From a virus: a DNA stretch of 64,000 nucleotides. The notes beneath the pieces are model-generated. The model was not told the origin of the DNA and did not search any database. It saw only the letters and a list, made by a program, of their open reading frames with translations. The translations under genes and the position numbers were made by a program. Positions 28,501-38,418 of the stretch are shown here, piece by piece. Every line of letters starts with the position of its first letter. Position 1 is the first letter of the stretch. The stretch is from the UHGV virus genome UHGV-1364187, one strand, 5' to 3'.

Positions 28501-28992
28501 CAAATTGATGATTTAAAAAATAACAGTACAAGTTCTAGTAATGTATATACAAAATCAGAAATTGATACAATTTTATTAAATAAAGCTAATAGTGGTGATA
28601 CTTATACTAAAACAGAAATAGATAATAAGTTTCAAACTATAGATAATGCAATAAATAGTGCTGCTAATATGGCAACTAAGACTGATCTTGATAATTATTA
28701 TACTAAAACAGAAATAGATAATAAGTTTCAAACTATAGATAATGCAATAAATAGTGCTGCTAATATGGCAACTAAGGCTGATCTTGATAATTATTACAAT
28801 AAGACAGAGATAGATAATAAACTATCTGGTTATTATTCTAAAACTGAAATTGATAATAAAATAAATGCTCTATCAAATAGAATAACAGCACTTGAATCTA
28901 GAAAAACATTAGTTCCTATTACAGAAGCAGAGTATAATGCGTTATCAACAGCAAATAAAAATGATACTACAAAAATATACGCAATATATTAA
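25579..28992 (+). CDS. tail fibre protein with His-x-His metal-site repeats and YTKTEID repeats
   Basis: spaced DHEHD/YHTHV/DHTHN/NHKHK/DHEHK motifs (compare T4 gp37/gp12 HxH iron sites), duplicated DPLHRTVTDA segment, C-terminal YTK(T/S)EID repeats; AACA-N6-TA string 33 nt upstream. Confidence 0.65.
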   Translation: MAITNFTNKAKRFSVLVLPYEKKDMAVAKELIIDYDNGHIYVVDKTGTRIISITKDLQDSIDNIINNGGNIINVTNPSDNTTQILNDVLKNIYNYVNASVEGLCIKKPARLLCDTNIAVLNGLPGDIDNVTVNDGDDILLIAQDDKRLNGKWKVNASGDWKRSDDLNSQTELVRSAFFFIDEGDKYKSTGWLLTTDNPVIDSSDLEFEIFSRQEDILAGTGLVRTGNEFSLAECVIPGTATKVRWDQYGRIVGWENPTTLFEYGITDAVPLSHIGSGGDQHAIVTVDEHGFSSKEDKQMLDSLMPTIEDLEIKTNEKLNIKSEIEFISQDPIEIQLQGETEIVNDLLTDSATKALAAGQGKVLYDLLNYLFQNTNEDGTPYTKLWMGTLSQYYNLLEKDPVTLYMSTDYVNENTALSMGSNVEEIIMMLQLMQSSKVSKEGDIVNGDLIVGSSVKNQNLKVYGNIYINGVLLDQAFAPIDHEHDDMVSQIDFDAKLKKKADKYHTHVIPDVEGLKEALDSKAAIDHTHNLIYYDKEELDFLLSTKAPVNHKHKVADIIDLFTKGDSTGAKMELWLKNMISDPLHRTVTDAQIARWEQMVNGTSTNTGGISKLELDSHNNDSNAHPDIRESIREILDELGSASLTSNLNIKESINELYTKLPTVTNSAKLMKEACNVIITQDNTTNVPIGFTGFDPDIHTLLVFKNSTYYHPIEDYTMNGTTSIDLTKEIVPSGTIFTFVVLWVEGDVLGGGSGSGSISQDIYDLLDNKADLDHEHKLKDLIDDPLHRTVTDAMIDRWNNGTTSSGNNNGIDAAMLIAAHNVDTTSHDDLRTKVDEIYNNMSNVLFKTKVIELIPTRDNQTEFSVNMNDLAKEKYGHFVMFNSTATSDYVLSDYKLKFNEPCNLTDKIKLVLFWIDGNILVQNSAAGSVAWDSLTQAVKNTINNKIDKTEVYTKTELDTLINSLASTTITDDLQRQIDDLKNNSTSSSNVYTKSEIDTILLNKANSGDTYTKTEIDNKFQTIDNAINSAANMATKTDLDNYYTKTEIDNKFQTIDNAINSAANMATKADLDNYYNKTEIDNKLSGYYSKTEIDNKINALSNRITALESRKTLVPITEAEYNALSTANKNDTTKIYAIY
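28603..28794 (+). repeat. near-perfect 96-bp tandem duplication (2 copies, 1 mismatch) inside the fibre gene
   Basis: actaaaacagaaatagataataagtttcaaactatagataatgcaataaatagtgctgctaatatggcaactaag(a/g)ctgatcttgataattatta repeated; encodes YTKTEIDNKFQTIDNAINSAANMATK(T/A)DLDNY twice. Confidence 0.8.
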
Positions 28993-29021
28993 TAACCGAA
29001 CATTAAGGTATAGGATACAAT

Positions 29022-29044
29022 ATTAAGGTATCTTATACCTTAAT
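29022..29044 (+). terminator. hairpin terminator after the fibre gene
   Basis: ttaaggtat-ctt-ataccttaa. Confidence 0.5.
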
Positions 29045-29071
29045 ATATTTTTATAAAAGGAGGTTAAATAT

Positions 29072-30397
29072 ATGGAAATATCATATGGAAATAAAAGAGT
29101 TCTAAAAGTGTTTAGACAAGATAAATGTGTTAGTATTGGAATTCCTAAATCTAAATTATTACTTCATTTAGATAGTATAGGAATGGAGAATACTAAACTC
29201 GAGACTAGAAATAAATTCTATGATATAAGTGGAAATAATAATCATTTTAATCTATATAATTTCGATTTTAATGATGAAAATGGTTGGTTAGAAAATAACC
29301 TTCATTTTAATGGTGAAACTACATATATTGAGAATTATACATTTAATACTATAAATGTATATACTATATCTATATCTTTTCATGTCCCACCTAATGGTAA
29401 TTTTGCTGGATCATTTCCTGGTATAAATAAAGTATATACTAATAATGGAACTTTATATATCAATGTGTCAAGTAGTTCAAAAATATCATTAAATAGTGTA
29501 ATAAAACCAAACAAATTCTACAATCTCATTATGACATATGAAGCTGGAAGATTTACTGTATATCTTAATGGAGAGAAACGTAGAGTGTATAGTAATGTGA
29601 ATAAAGGATATGTAACTAATTTCTGTTTAGGTAGAAGTGTTGATTTTACATATGGAGAATTTATGTTACATTCAGTGCAATATTATTCCAAAGCATTAAC
29701 TGCACAAGAATTAAAAACGTTAAGTGATTTAGAACAAAAAAGATATATAGTATATTACGATAAGAATATGGTTATGGATGTAAGAGGGTATAACTCTATG
29801 CTAAAATACGGAGGATTTATTAGTATTAGAGATAATAGTATACATCATAATCACTTAAGATGTAGCAAATGGTATACACATTTTCCTAAAACTAGATCTT
29901 ATGCTATGACTGGAACAAATAGTATGAATATAGTTGGAAGACCTTTACTTATGGATTCATTCACACTAGAATTTGTAATAAGTCATATAAAATACATGTT
30001 TGCTGAAGAAGTATTTTTAATGGGTAAATATAAAAAAGGAGAATATGGTATAGAAATAACTCTTAATGTAAGAGGGTTAATCTTACGTATTCATGGTAAA
30101 ACTCAATTAGAATATTTATATCCTATAAATTATACAAATAAAAGAACTTCTATTAGTATAGTATATGATAGAAAGAATCAACAATTGATATTATATCATA
30201 ATGCTAATAGAGTTAAATTATTTGAGAATGTAGATTATATATCAAATATAAATGATATGACTATGAATTTCGCAAGAAAAGATGGATATTTCCCATTCAT
30301 TGGAAATATCTGTTGTATAAGAATGTATAATGAAGCTATATCTAGTTCATGTATCAATGATAATTATGAACAAGATATGGATATTTATAGACAATAG
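29072..30397 (+). CDS. LamG-like (concanavalin-A-type lectin/glucanase fold) domain protein, fibre-associated
   Basis: DISGNNNHFNLYNF...NGW...LHFNGETTYIEN motif typical of Laminin_G_3 jelly-roll domains; second similar module downstream. Confidence 0.5.
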   Translation: MEISYGNKRVLKVFRQDKCVSIGIPKSKLLLHLDSIGMENTKLETRNKFYDISGNNNHFNLYNFDFNDENGWLENNLHFNGETTYIENYTFNTINVYTISISFHVPPNGNFAGSFPGINKVYTNNGTLYINVSSSSKISLNSVIKPNKFYNLIMTYEAGRFTVYLNGEKRRVYSNVNKGYVTNFCLGRSVDFTYGEFMLHSVQYYSKALTAQELKTLSDLEQKRYIVYYDKNMVMDVRGYNSMLKYGGFISIRDNSIHHNHLRCSKWYTHFPKTRSYAMTGTNSMNIVGRPLLMDSFTLEFVISHIKYMFAEEVFLMGKYKKGEYGIEITLNVRGLILRIHGKTQLEYLYPINYTNKRTSISIVYDRKNQQLILYHNANRVKLFENVDYISNINDMTMNFARKDGYFPFIGNICCIRMYNEAISSSCINDNYEQDMDIYRQ

Positions 30398-30411
30398 AAA
30401 GGAGGATATAT

Positions 30412-31128
30412 ATGGGAAAATATTCTATAAAACCAGGTATAATCCATATTGGAACTGATGCATTATCTCCATATGTTCATACAAGTACAGTAATAGTAGA
30501 CAAGAATACAAAACTTAAAACTATACTTGATGAAACTTATAGAAAATATTATGAAAGAAATAAACCTACATGGGAAAGGGTGACAGTAAATATATCACCA
30601 GATGATTGGATTGCTGCTGATGGTATGTATAAATATCATATAATCTCTTATAAAGATAGAGAATATATGAAGTATAATATTATATGTGAAACTGAAGTTA
30701 GTATTTCTAATATGCTAATATTATTAGCAAATGAAAGATACAAGTTTATTAAATCTGAATGTATAGATGGTGAGGTTTATACATATACTAATGTGAAACC
30801 TAAACATAATATACGATTAGACATATTAACTATATGGACTGGGAATACATTATATTTTCAAGGAACACCAAAAAATCTAAAAGTAAATTTAAAACAAAAC
30901 AAATTTACTGTTTTAGATGATGAAAATTGTATGTATAAAGTAAATGTTGGTGATTTAGATTTAGCAACAAATCATTTCGTTACATGTACTTTTGACAATT
31001 ATAATATGCAAAAGTTTTTACAAAGTAATAATAGATTTATAACAGCATCATATTCGTATGGAGAAATAACAATATATACAGAATTTCCATTTGATGCAAC
31101 TGTTATATTAATAATTCATAGATGTTAA
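30412..31128 (+). CDS. hypothetical protein
   Basis: 238 aa; AAAGGAGG RBS. Confidence 0.45.
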   Translation: MGKYSIKPGIIHIGTDALSPYVHTSTVIVDKNTKLKTILDETYRKYYERNKPTWERVTVNISPDDWIAADGMYKYHIISYKDREYMKYNIICETEVSISNMLILLANERYKFIKSECIDGEVYTYTNVKPKHNIRLDILTIWTGNTLYFQGTPKNLKVNLKQNKFTVLDDENCMYKVNVGDLDLATNHFVTCTFDNYNMQKFLQSNNRFITASYSYGEITIYTEFPFDATVILIIHRC

Positions 31129-31142
31129 GGAGGTTTATTATT

Positions 31143-34100
31143 ATGGCTAATCAAGATTTAGAAACGTTTGGGTATATTCTTCATCCAGGATTTGCTCAAA
31201 CAGCACAAGGTGAAAAATGTTCACCGTTAACTCATGTATCAACAGTATATGATGGTGATAAATCATTGACAGAGATTATAAAAGAAATTACAGACGAGAA
31301 GAATAAATTACCAGAAATTACTGTAGTAGAAGTAGAAGTTAATCCAGATGATTGGAATGAACAACCAGATGGATCATTTGAATATGATTATACAGATTCT
31401 ATATTAAACGATAAATTAATGACAGAAGTTCAAGCTGATAAAGAAAACATGAAAAAAATAGTAAATGATAAAATTAGATGGGCTTTAACTGAAGATATTG
31501 TTGGTAATACAGTACCAATATTCATTCAGAAAAAACCTACACAACGATTAATATTGAAATTATTAATATATAGCAAATATATTAAGATACCATTATCTAT
31601 CCAAGAACCAAATTGGGAAGCAAATAATGTATCTAAAGAATATTTGTATGCAGATGATGTAATATTAGCATCACATCTAGCATTATTCAGACTAGATAGA
31701 ACAAATATAAATAAATTCTTAGATAATAATTACTCTATAACAAAAACTAAAAAAGGTGAAGTTACAGTATATACAGATAATGCAGTATCGTTAGATAGTC
31801 AGGTTATTTTACTAGATACTGGTTTAACTGCATCTGATTTAGATGATGATAATGGAGGAACTGGAGGTGGAACAAGTACAACACCATCAACTCCAAAAGA
31901 TGATAAAGTTGGAGATGTATTAACAGCAGTTCAAAGATGTAACTTAACTGGTTCTCTAAAGGATTATGAAATTTCAGAAAATGTTGTCGAAAAAGGTATG
32001 GGAGAATATGTAAATGCTTTACCAAATCTCCATATACTAAAATCTAAAGATATTCTTATTACAGATACTAATAATAGTTTTGAAGATTTTGATAGTACAT
32101 ATTCATCATATGTAATATTAAAAGCTTCTGATTTTACTGGAGGAACATTCTCATTATCTGGAGAATCATTACGTAATTTTTCATATGTAGCATTTCCTAC
32201 AATAGATTATGTAAATGGTATATTTGCTATGGTAAGTTTCTTAACACCATATGCAAATGCACAAACACCATTAGTTAAAGATAGTGATGATATCTATAAA
32301 CTAATACCATTTACTAGTAGAATATTTGATACTAGTAATGTATTTGATTCTGCTAAAACAAATTCTATCAAAAATCGTGATAGTAGATATGCTTTAGGTA
32401 ATAATGGATTCTTTGGATGGATTAAAGAAGCTAATAGTGGAACAGAAATAGATGATATGTATAATGTAAACTGTAGGGTTACTAATCTAAGACATATGAA
32501 CAATAATATCGTAAATAATACTGTAACTGTAAAGACTAATGAACTTGTGAATAGTACATCTGACAGATTACCATTAACAGATCAAAAGAAACTTACAATT
32601 ATGAATGAACAGTATGATAGTATATCTACATTATTAGAAGACGAAGCTGAACTCAAATATATTATCAATCCATCTAGCGGTTCTTATGATATATCGCAAT
32701 CACAAAATAAACAATTATTGTCTAATAATGGTAGTGTGTATTATATTAAGTATTGTTCAAATAAGAGTTTAGGTGGTATTATTAAATCTGGAAATGCCCT
32801 ACTGTACGTAAATGCTATGCAAACAGGATACTTACAAATATTAGAAGCATATGCAGATATAAATCAATGTAGTAATACTGATATTTCAAATACTACACTA
32901 TATTCTTCATTATCTAATCCTAGTGAATTATTAGGATCTTCATATAAGAAATCTGCAATTGAATTAAGAACTTCATTAGAATTCGGAAATCCTTCATGTT
33001 TCAATTCTATTGTAGAAAAAAATGTGACTTATATTGGTCATGATAATGGATTAATATTAGTACTTGATAATACTACACTAGATGTAATTTATTCAATTAA
33101 TATTAAAAAGATAATTATTGATAATACAGATCAATTCTATAATAACTATAAGATCAATACTATAGATTGGTTTGATGATAATTGTTTTGCTTTTACGTGT
33201 GAATATAATCCATATGTATATTGTATTAATAAAACTGATGGATCATTAGTATGGGCACATAATAGCGGTATATCAGAAGGATTACAAGTAGTAAGTAGTT
33301 TAAACCAATCAGTTTATTTCTGTTATAGAAATAAAGATGATCAAATAAGATTAGCCGAATGGAAGAAGTTTGCTAATAATAACAATAGTGGAAACACAAA
33401 TACATCTAGTGGAGAAGATCCTTGGAGAAAAGTTTTAGATCTACCAACTAATGTAATGTTTAGTAGATCATGTGTATTGGGAGATAAAATTTACATTATA
33501 GGTGGATTACAACCAAGAGATATGTATATTTTTGATGGTAATAATTTAATAAAATCAAATATAGAATTGCCATATCCATTCATGGACGGTTGTGTTATTG
33601 GGTATGATGGTAAAATTCATATGCTAGGTGGATCAGTGACAGATAGTAAAAATCTACATTATACATTCGACGGTACTAAATGGGAAAAGATGAATGATTT
33701 ACCATACGATTTTACTAATGGTAGTGTAGTTAGTACATATAATACTTATTATAATACACCAATGATGTATCTTGTTGGAGGAACAGAATATAATACAAAT
33801 AATAAACTTACAACATATTATAATAATAGTGGAAAATACGAAGTGCGTACACATCCAGTTAGTTTTAAAAGAACATGCTCTGTATATTATAATGATGATC
33901 TTCATATTCTTGGAGGTCAAGACACATCAAAGAGTCATTATTATAATGGGTCATTATATAAATTAGAAGATATACCATATCAATTATATGGTGGTGATGC
34001 TGTAGTTTATAATGATAAGATTCATATCTTCGGTGGTGGAGGTGGAAAACGTCGTCATTATAGTTATGATGGAAATTCGTGGACTAGAGAGAAAGATTTA

Positions 34101-34184
34101 AATTTTGATTTTGATTGGAATTGTATGGTTATATATGATAACAAACTTTATGCAATAACAGATAATGCTATTTATACTTTATAA
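31143..34184 (+). CDS. Kelch-repeat beta-propeller protein, putative receptor-binding fibre (ORF from 31122)
   Basis: C-terminal Kelch motifs (LGDKIYIIGG, YDGKIHMLGG, MMYLVGG, NDDLHILGG, NDKIHIFGG, YDNKLYAI); Gly/Thr-rich linker; TAAGGAGG RBS before ATG 31143. Confidence 0.6.
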   Translation: MANQDLETFGYILHPGFAQTAQGEKCSPLTHVSTVYDGDKSLTEIIKEITDEKNKLPEITVVEVEVNPDDWNEQPDGSFEYDYTDSILNDKLMTEVQADKENMKKIVNDKIRWALTEDIVGNTVPIFIQKKPTQRLILKLLIYSKYIKIPLSIQEPNWEANNVSKEYLYADDVILASHLALFRLDRTNINKFLDNNYSITKTKKGEVTVYTDNAVSLDSQVILLDTGLTASDLDDDNGGTGGGTSTTPSTPKDDKVGDVLTAVQRCNLTGSLKDYEISENVVEKGMGEYVNALPNLHILKSKDILITDTNNSFEDFDSTYSSYVILKASDFTGGTFSLSGESLRNFSYVAFPTIDYVNGIFAMVSFLTPYANAQTPLVKDSDDIYKLIPFTSRIFDTSNVFDSAKTNSIKNRDSRYALGNNGFFGWIKEANSGTEIDDMYNVNCRVTNLRHMNNNIVNNTVTVKTNELVNSTSDRLPLTDQKKLTIMNEQYDSISTLLEDEAELKYIINPSSGSYDISQSQNKQLLSNNGSVYYIKYCSNKSLGGIIKSGNALLYVNAMQTGYLQILEAYADINQCSNTDISNTTLYSSLSNPSELLGSSYKKSAIELRTSLEFGNPSCFNSIVEKNVTYIGHDNGLILVLDNTTLDVIYSINIKKIIIDNTDQFYNNYKINTIDWFDDNCFAFTCEYNPYVYCINKTDGSLVWAHNSGISEGLQVVSSLNQSVYFCYRNKDDQIRLAEWKKFANNNNSGNTNTSSGEDPWRKVLDLPTNVMFSRSCVLGDKIYIIGGLQPRDMYIFDGNNLIKSNIELPYPFMDGCVIGYDGKIHMLGGSVTDSKNLHYTFDGTKWEKMNDLPYDFTNGSVVSTYNTYYNTPMMYLVGGTEYNTNNKLTTYYNNSGKYEVRTHPVSFKRTCSVYYNDDLHILGGQDTSKSHYYNGSLYKLEDIPYQLYGGDAVVYNDKIHIFGGGGGKRRHYSYDGNSWTREKDLNFDFDWNCMVIYDNKLYAITDNAIYTL

Positions 34185-34193
34185 AAAATAAAT

Positions 34194-34223
34194 GCACATG
34201 TGGGATTTGATTCTCACATGTAC
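34194..34223 (+). terminator. hairpin (imperfect) between fibre genes
   Basis: acatgtggga/tctcacatgt. Confidence 0.35.
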
Positions 34224-34257
34224 ATTTTAATAATATCTTAAAAGGAGGTAAAAATAA

Positions 34258-35985
34258 ATGATAGGAAGACAGATGAATATATATACTAGAAAGCCTGTTA
34301 TGCTTACAGTAACATGGAAAGCTAATGGTGTTGTATTAAAAGAAGAACAAGTAGAAATAGGAGATCCTGCAACACCTCCAACTAATGTAAGTATAGAAGG
34401 ATATGATTTTTTAGGATGGGATAAAGATTATTATAGAATTATGAACAATATGGTTATAAATGCTAAATTAAAGATTAAAACTTACACTGTAAGATTCTTT
34501 ATGAGTGGTATATTATTATCAACACAATATGTAGAATATGATAAATCTGCAAATCCACCAACAAATCTAACAATACCAGAGGGATATATTCATAAAGGAT
34601 GGGATAAAGATTATACACACATCAAGAGTGATACAGATATTAATGCTATTATAGATATTAAAAGATTCATGGTATACTTTTATGATAATTCTTATGATGC
34701 AAAATATAAGAGAAATGTATTAAAAACAGAAGAAGTCGAATATGGTAAAGATGCAACCCCTCCTACATCTATAAATACTCCAATAGAACAATATAAAGTT
34801 CTTTCTGGATGGATTATGAGTTCTATATCACAATATACATATAGAGAAGATCATAAAAACATTAAAGATGAAATGCACTTATATCCATTTATTACAAATG
34901 ATTGGTATTTTGCAGATGGTGTATATAATGAAGTAAGTTCATATAGCTTTACATCTCCTGTCACTGGAGCTGTAACACAAAGTTCATACTCTTGCTTCTT
35001 TGGAGATTTATATAAGAAAAATGTCCAAGGTGCTACAGGTTATGATCTAGAATATAAATATTTTAATACAGAATTGTCTAAATTATCATATGATACTTCA
35101 TATATTAATGCAGAAATTCAAAACTTGATGTATATATGTACTGTAGAAGTATTAAAGAGTGGTGCTATAACACTGACAGCAACAATTGATGGTATAACGC
35201 ATAGTACTACTATAAATGGAACAAGATTATATACTAAAGATGAATTGATATATAATGTAGGATTAAATTATAATATATTTACAGATAATCCTACAGGTGA
35301 TGATTTCTATAAACTAGAACAATGGTATGGTAATCCACTTATTCATATAATTCCATTATATGATGAATCTGGAAACTTTGTAAAGAACTTTGCTGGATAT
35401 GGAGAATCATCTACTCCTTATAATAGTAACAATCTTGTACAAATAGAGAGTGCTGAAAATATGATAGTGCGTACAGAGGATTATTATCTACATGCTGATG
35501 ATTTCGCTGATAGAACTCATCCTATTCTATTAGATGCTATTATGAAACCTGGAACATTCTCTATTACATTTAAAGGAACACCATATTTTGGTTCTCCTAT
35601 AACATGTAAGAAAGTTATAAATATTGCAGATAAAGGTATTTCTTCTATAGAATATAATGGAAATGCTATAACTGAATTAGAAATTCCAGTTAGTCAAACT
35701 ACAACTTTAAATTACAAAGTTAAGAGATCTGTTAATGGATCTTCAGAACAATGGTTTGATACAACACAAAGTACATGGAATGGTAAGAGTGTAAAAGATA
35801 TTGTAACTGTAGGAGTATTTGCTGGATATAGTTATGATCCATATACACAAGTTCCTAGAATGGATATAGAAATTACATCAGGTGGAATAGCTATAACACC
35901 TAAACTTACTGGATATGCGTTATTAGAAATAAAATGTAATGATAATAGTGAATATACAAGACATGTATTATTAATAATCAAATAA
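34258..35985 (+). CDS. protein with three Listeria-Bacteroides (Flg_new) type repeats
   Basis: VEIGDPATPPTNVSIEGYDFLGWDKDY / VEYDKSANPPTNLTIPEGYIHKGWDKDY / VEYGKDATPPTSINTPIEQYKVLSGW. Confidence 0.55.
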   Translation: MIGRQMNIYTRKPVMLTVTWKANGVVLKEEQVEIGDPATPPTNVSIEGYDFLGWDKDYYRIMNNMVINAKLKIKTYTVRFFMSGILLSTQYVEYDKSANPPTNLTIPEGYIHKGWDKDYTHIKSDTDINAIIDIKRFMVYFYDNSYDAKYKRNVLKTEEVEYGKDATPPTSINTPIEQYKVLSGWIMSSISQYTYREDHKNIKDEMHLYPFITNDWYFADGVYNEVSSYSFTSPVTGAVTQSSYSCFFGDLYKKNVQGATGYDLEYKYFNTELSKLSYDTSYINAEIQNLMYICTVEVLKSGAITLTATIDGITHSTTINGTRLYTKDELIYNVGLNYNIFTDNPTGDDFYKLEQWYGNPLIHIIPLYDESGNFVKNFAGYGESSTPYNSNNLVQIESAENMIVRTEDYYLHADDFADRTHPILLDAIMKPGTFSITFKGTPYFGSPITCKKVINIADKGISSIEYNGNAITELEIPVSQTTTLNYKVKRSVNGSSEQWFDTTQSTWNGKSVKDIVTVGVFAGYSYDPYTQVPRMDIEITSGGIAITPKLTGYALLEIKCNDNSEYTRHVLLIIK

Positions 35986-35991
35986 AAAATA

Positions 35992-36030
35992 AAATACATA
36001 GAGAAGATTAAATTTCTTCTCTATGTATTT
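35992..36030. terminator. strong bidirectional terminator between convergent genes
   Basis: aaatacatagagaaga/tcttctctatgtattt 16-bp stem with flanking A- and T-runs. Confidence 0.7.
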
Positions 36031-36034
36031 TTTA

Positions 36035-37195
36035 TTATTCTTCATTTTTTAATATATCTAACCCTACATAATTAGAAAATGTATCAGAAAGTCTATCACT
36101 AACATTATCAAGAATACTAATACATTGTTCTAAATAATTTCTTATATATAATGAATTATATACATAAACGTTTCCGTTATATAACAATAATACCGTCGTA
36201 GCACCATATTTTTCTAGAACTTTTTCTTCTTCTATTTCGTTAAATTGTTTAATGATTTCTGATATATTATCTTTAGCCTGTTTTAATAAATCTTCTCTAT
36301 AAAAATCATTTTTATTTACTATATCCATAATAGTATTAATACTATTCATAGATGTATACATAAATATTATTCCAGATTTAATTTGGAAATCTGAATCATT
36401 TAATGGATAAACTATTGGAGCTAAATCTAATTGGGATACATTACCAACTACTTCTCCATCTTTATATATATAATCATTATTTATAAACAACATTTCGTCT
36501 GTAAGTAAGATGGCTTTAGACATCATTAAATCTTCGTATGGTATAATCATATTAGTTGGAACATAGCCATCTACATTGTACATATTTGTTGTAGATACTG
36601 ATGCTACATTAGTTCTTAGATCATTAATAAGATATATTGATCCGTTATGATAAATATAAAATCTAGTATCTTGACCATTATAATAATCACTATAAACAGT
36701 CTTGATAATATCATACATAAAAGATTGTATCTGTTGATTTTTAACAATACTTTCCATACAACATTTTGTTTCTAATAATAACATTTCTTTCATATACATT
36801 CCTGGAATACAGAATGTTCTAATCATACCATCTTTGATTTCACATCTATATTGTGGGTATGAATCAAAGATATTAAGTTTTCTAGTTTCAAATCTAATAC
36901 CTTCTAATTCTCCATTATCATTTGTATATTCAGATACATATAAGAATGAATCTTTTAGTTGTAAATCTAATGATGTAATAGTTCCTTCTCCATTATCATA
37001 ATATACATGATATGTTTCGTTATCTTGATCAAATATCACTTCGTCGATATCATAAATTTCTATGATATTATTATCTATAATAATTCTATCTACTGTATCT
37101 ATTGTATCTAGTTCTAATTTAATATTTCCATCTTCCATTCTTTCTAATTTAGCCTTTTCAGTTTCACACATAAATGCAATTCTTTTATCACTCAT
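36035..37195 (-). CDS. hypothetical protein (ORF to 37222; likely start MSDKRIAF after GAGGAGG)
   Basis: 395-aa ORF. Confidence 0.45.
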   Translation of the reverse strand: MSDKRIAFMCETEKAKLERMEDGNIKLELDTIDTVDRIIIDNNIIEIYDIDEVIFDQDNETYHVYYDNGEGTITSLDLQLKDSFLYVSEYTNDNGELEGIRFETRKLNIFDSYPQYRCEIKDGMIRTFCIPGMYMKEMLLLETKCCMESIVKNQQIQSFMYDIIKTVYSDYYNGQDTRFYIYHNGSIYLINDLRTNVASVSTTNMYNVDGYVPTNMIIPYEDLMMSKAILLTDEMLFINNDYIYKDGEVVGNVSQLDLAPIVYPLNDSDFQIKSGIIFMYTSMNSINTIMDIVNKNDFYREDLLKQAKDNISEIIKQFNEIEEEKVLEKYGATTVLLLYNGNVYVYNSLYIRNYLEQCISILDNVSDRLSDTFSNYVGLDILKNEE

Positions 37196-37401
37196 ATTAT
37201 TTATCCTCCTCAGATAATTCATTAATAAATTTTACTATAATATACTTGCTATCTCCCATTAAATCTAATGTCATCTGTCTTGTAGTATGAATTATAATAT
37301 CATAACCATATTCTGTAACAATATCATATCTGATAAGTTTGTCACTATCATCAACTATAATAAGTGAAATATTAAAAAGTGATTGTGCACCAAATTCTGT
37401 A

Positions 37402-37503
37402 TTAACAGTAAGTACCATTGATTCGTTGAATACTTAATATTTTACCATTAATAGTTATATACTTCTTGATATAATCATCTCTTATATCAAAATATTCTTT
37501 CAT
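37402..37503 (-). CDS. small ORF (33 aa) with AGGAGTG RBS, overlapping the start of the 37197-37418 ORF out of frame
   Basis: MKEYFDIRDDYIKKYITINGKILSIQRINGTYC; the downstream 73-aa ORF (37197..37418) starts inside it at ATGGTACTTACTGTTAA. Confidence 0.3.
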   Translation of the reverse strand: MKEYFDIRDDYIKKYITINGKILSIQRINGTYC

Positions 37504-37530
37504 AATAAAATCACTCCTTATATATGTATT

Positions 37531-37558
37531 CAATTATATAATATATAATTGAAATTAG
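37531..37558 (-). promoter_or_regulatory. early-promoter-like motif copy
   Basis: CAATTATATAATATATAATTGAAATTAG adjacent to terminator 37554-37592. Confidence 0.5.
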
Positions 37559-37592
37559 TATTACTCCATTGTTGGAGTAATACTAATTTTTT
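37554..37592 (-). terminator. hairpin terminator + T-run
   Basis: attagtattactcca/tggagtaatactaat. Confidence 0.65.
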
Positions 37593-38331
37593 ATAACTCA
37601 TGGTAATGATAATACTTACCATTAAGTTCCCCATTTAATTTAGACAATACATGCAAACTATCCATTTTCATATCAAATAGATAATCATCCATACATTCAA
37701 GAATTCTGGCTCCTTTAATTTCACATGTTTTATATGTGTCATTAATAAGTGCTATATCACTTATTTTTCTAGCCAACCTCTCTAATCTATCTCGATTCCA
37801 ATCAATGAACTTGTCTCTAAATATAACGACCGCTTCATAATCTTGAGAATCGATATTCCAACCAGAAAGCTGTTCACATGCCATTCTTCCTTCAGAGAAC
37901 ATATTCATTGCCAATGTATATAGCCTATTGCATTCATTACAATTTGATGCACAATTATCTATACATTCCTGTGCTTCTTGTGCAAATTTAATACATGGTT
38001 CTTTCCAACAAGATATTGAAAAGGACAAAAAATCTGACGCTAACTTTAATCTCCCCACATTACTAACACCATCCATTGTAATTATCTGTGCGTTTCTCAT
38101 ATGATGATCAATATTTACATGAACAGGATGTGTAGTTAATGATGGATAAGATTCCTCAACTCCATTTTGTTTAATAGTCTTCATTTTCTTATTGCAAATA
38201 AATGTCACTACAATTGCAATTACAGAAAACATTCCTGCAACAAGTTGGGAAGCAATATCTGTAAAATCTATCATGTTTACGGGTATTAGAATAATAAAAT
38301 TTTGGATTATGAACGGATCTAATACCTCCAC
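37591..38331 (-). CDS. membrane protein with N-terminal TM segments and Cys-rich C-terminal domain
   Basis: hydrophobic N-terminus (FIILIPVNMIDF...MFSVIAIVVTFIC), multiple CxxC/CxxxC. Confidence 0.45.
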   Translation of the reverse strand: MEVLDPFIIQNFIILIPVNMIDFTDIASQLVAGMFSVIAIVVTFICNKKMKTIKQNGVEESYPSLTTHPVHVNIDHHMRNAQIITMDGVSNVGRLKLASDFLSFSISCWKEPCIKFAQEAQECIDNCASNCNECNRLYTLAMNMFSEGRMACEQLSGWNIDSQDYEAVVIFRDKFIDWNRDRLERLARKISDIALINDTYKTCEIKGARILECMDDYLFDMKMDSLHVLSKLNGELNGKYYHYHEL

Positions 38332-38418
38332 ACCCCCTTTAATTACTTGTTACCCATAAAGTTTCAATTTTATATCAATAACTTTATATTAAAATATAAC
38401 ATTTGGAGGTATGCTTAA

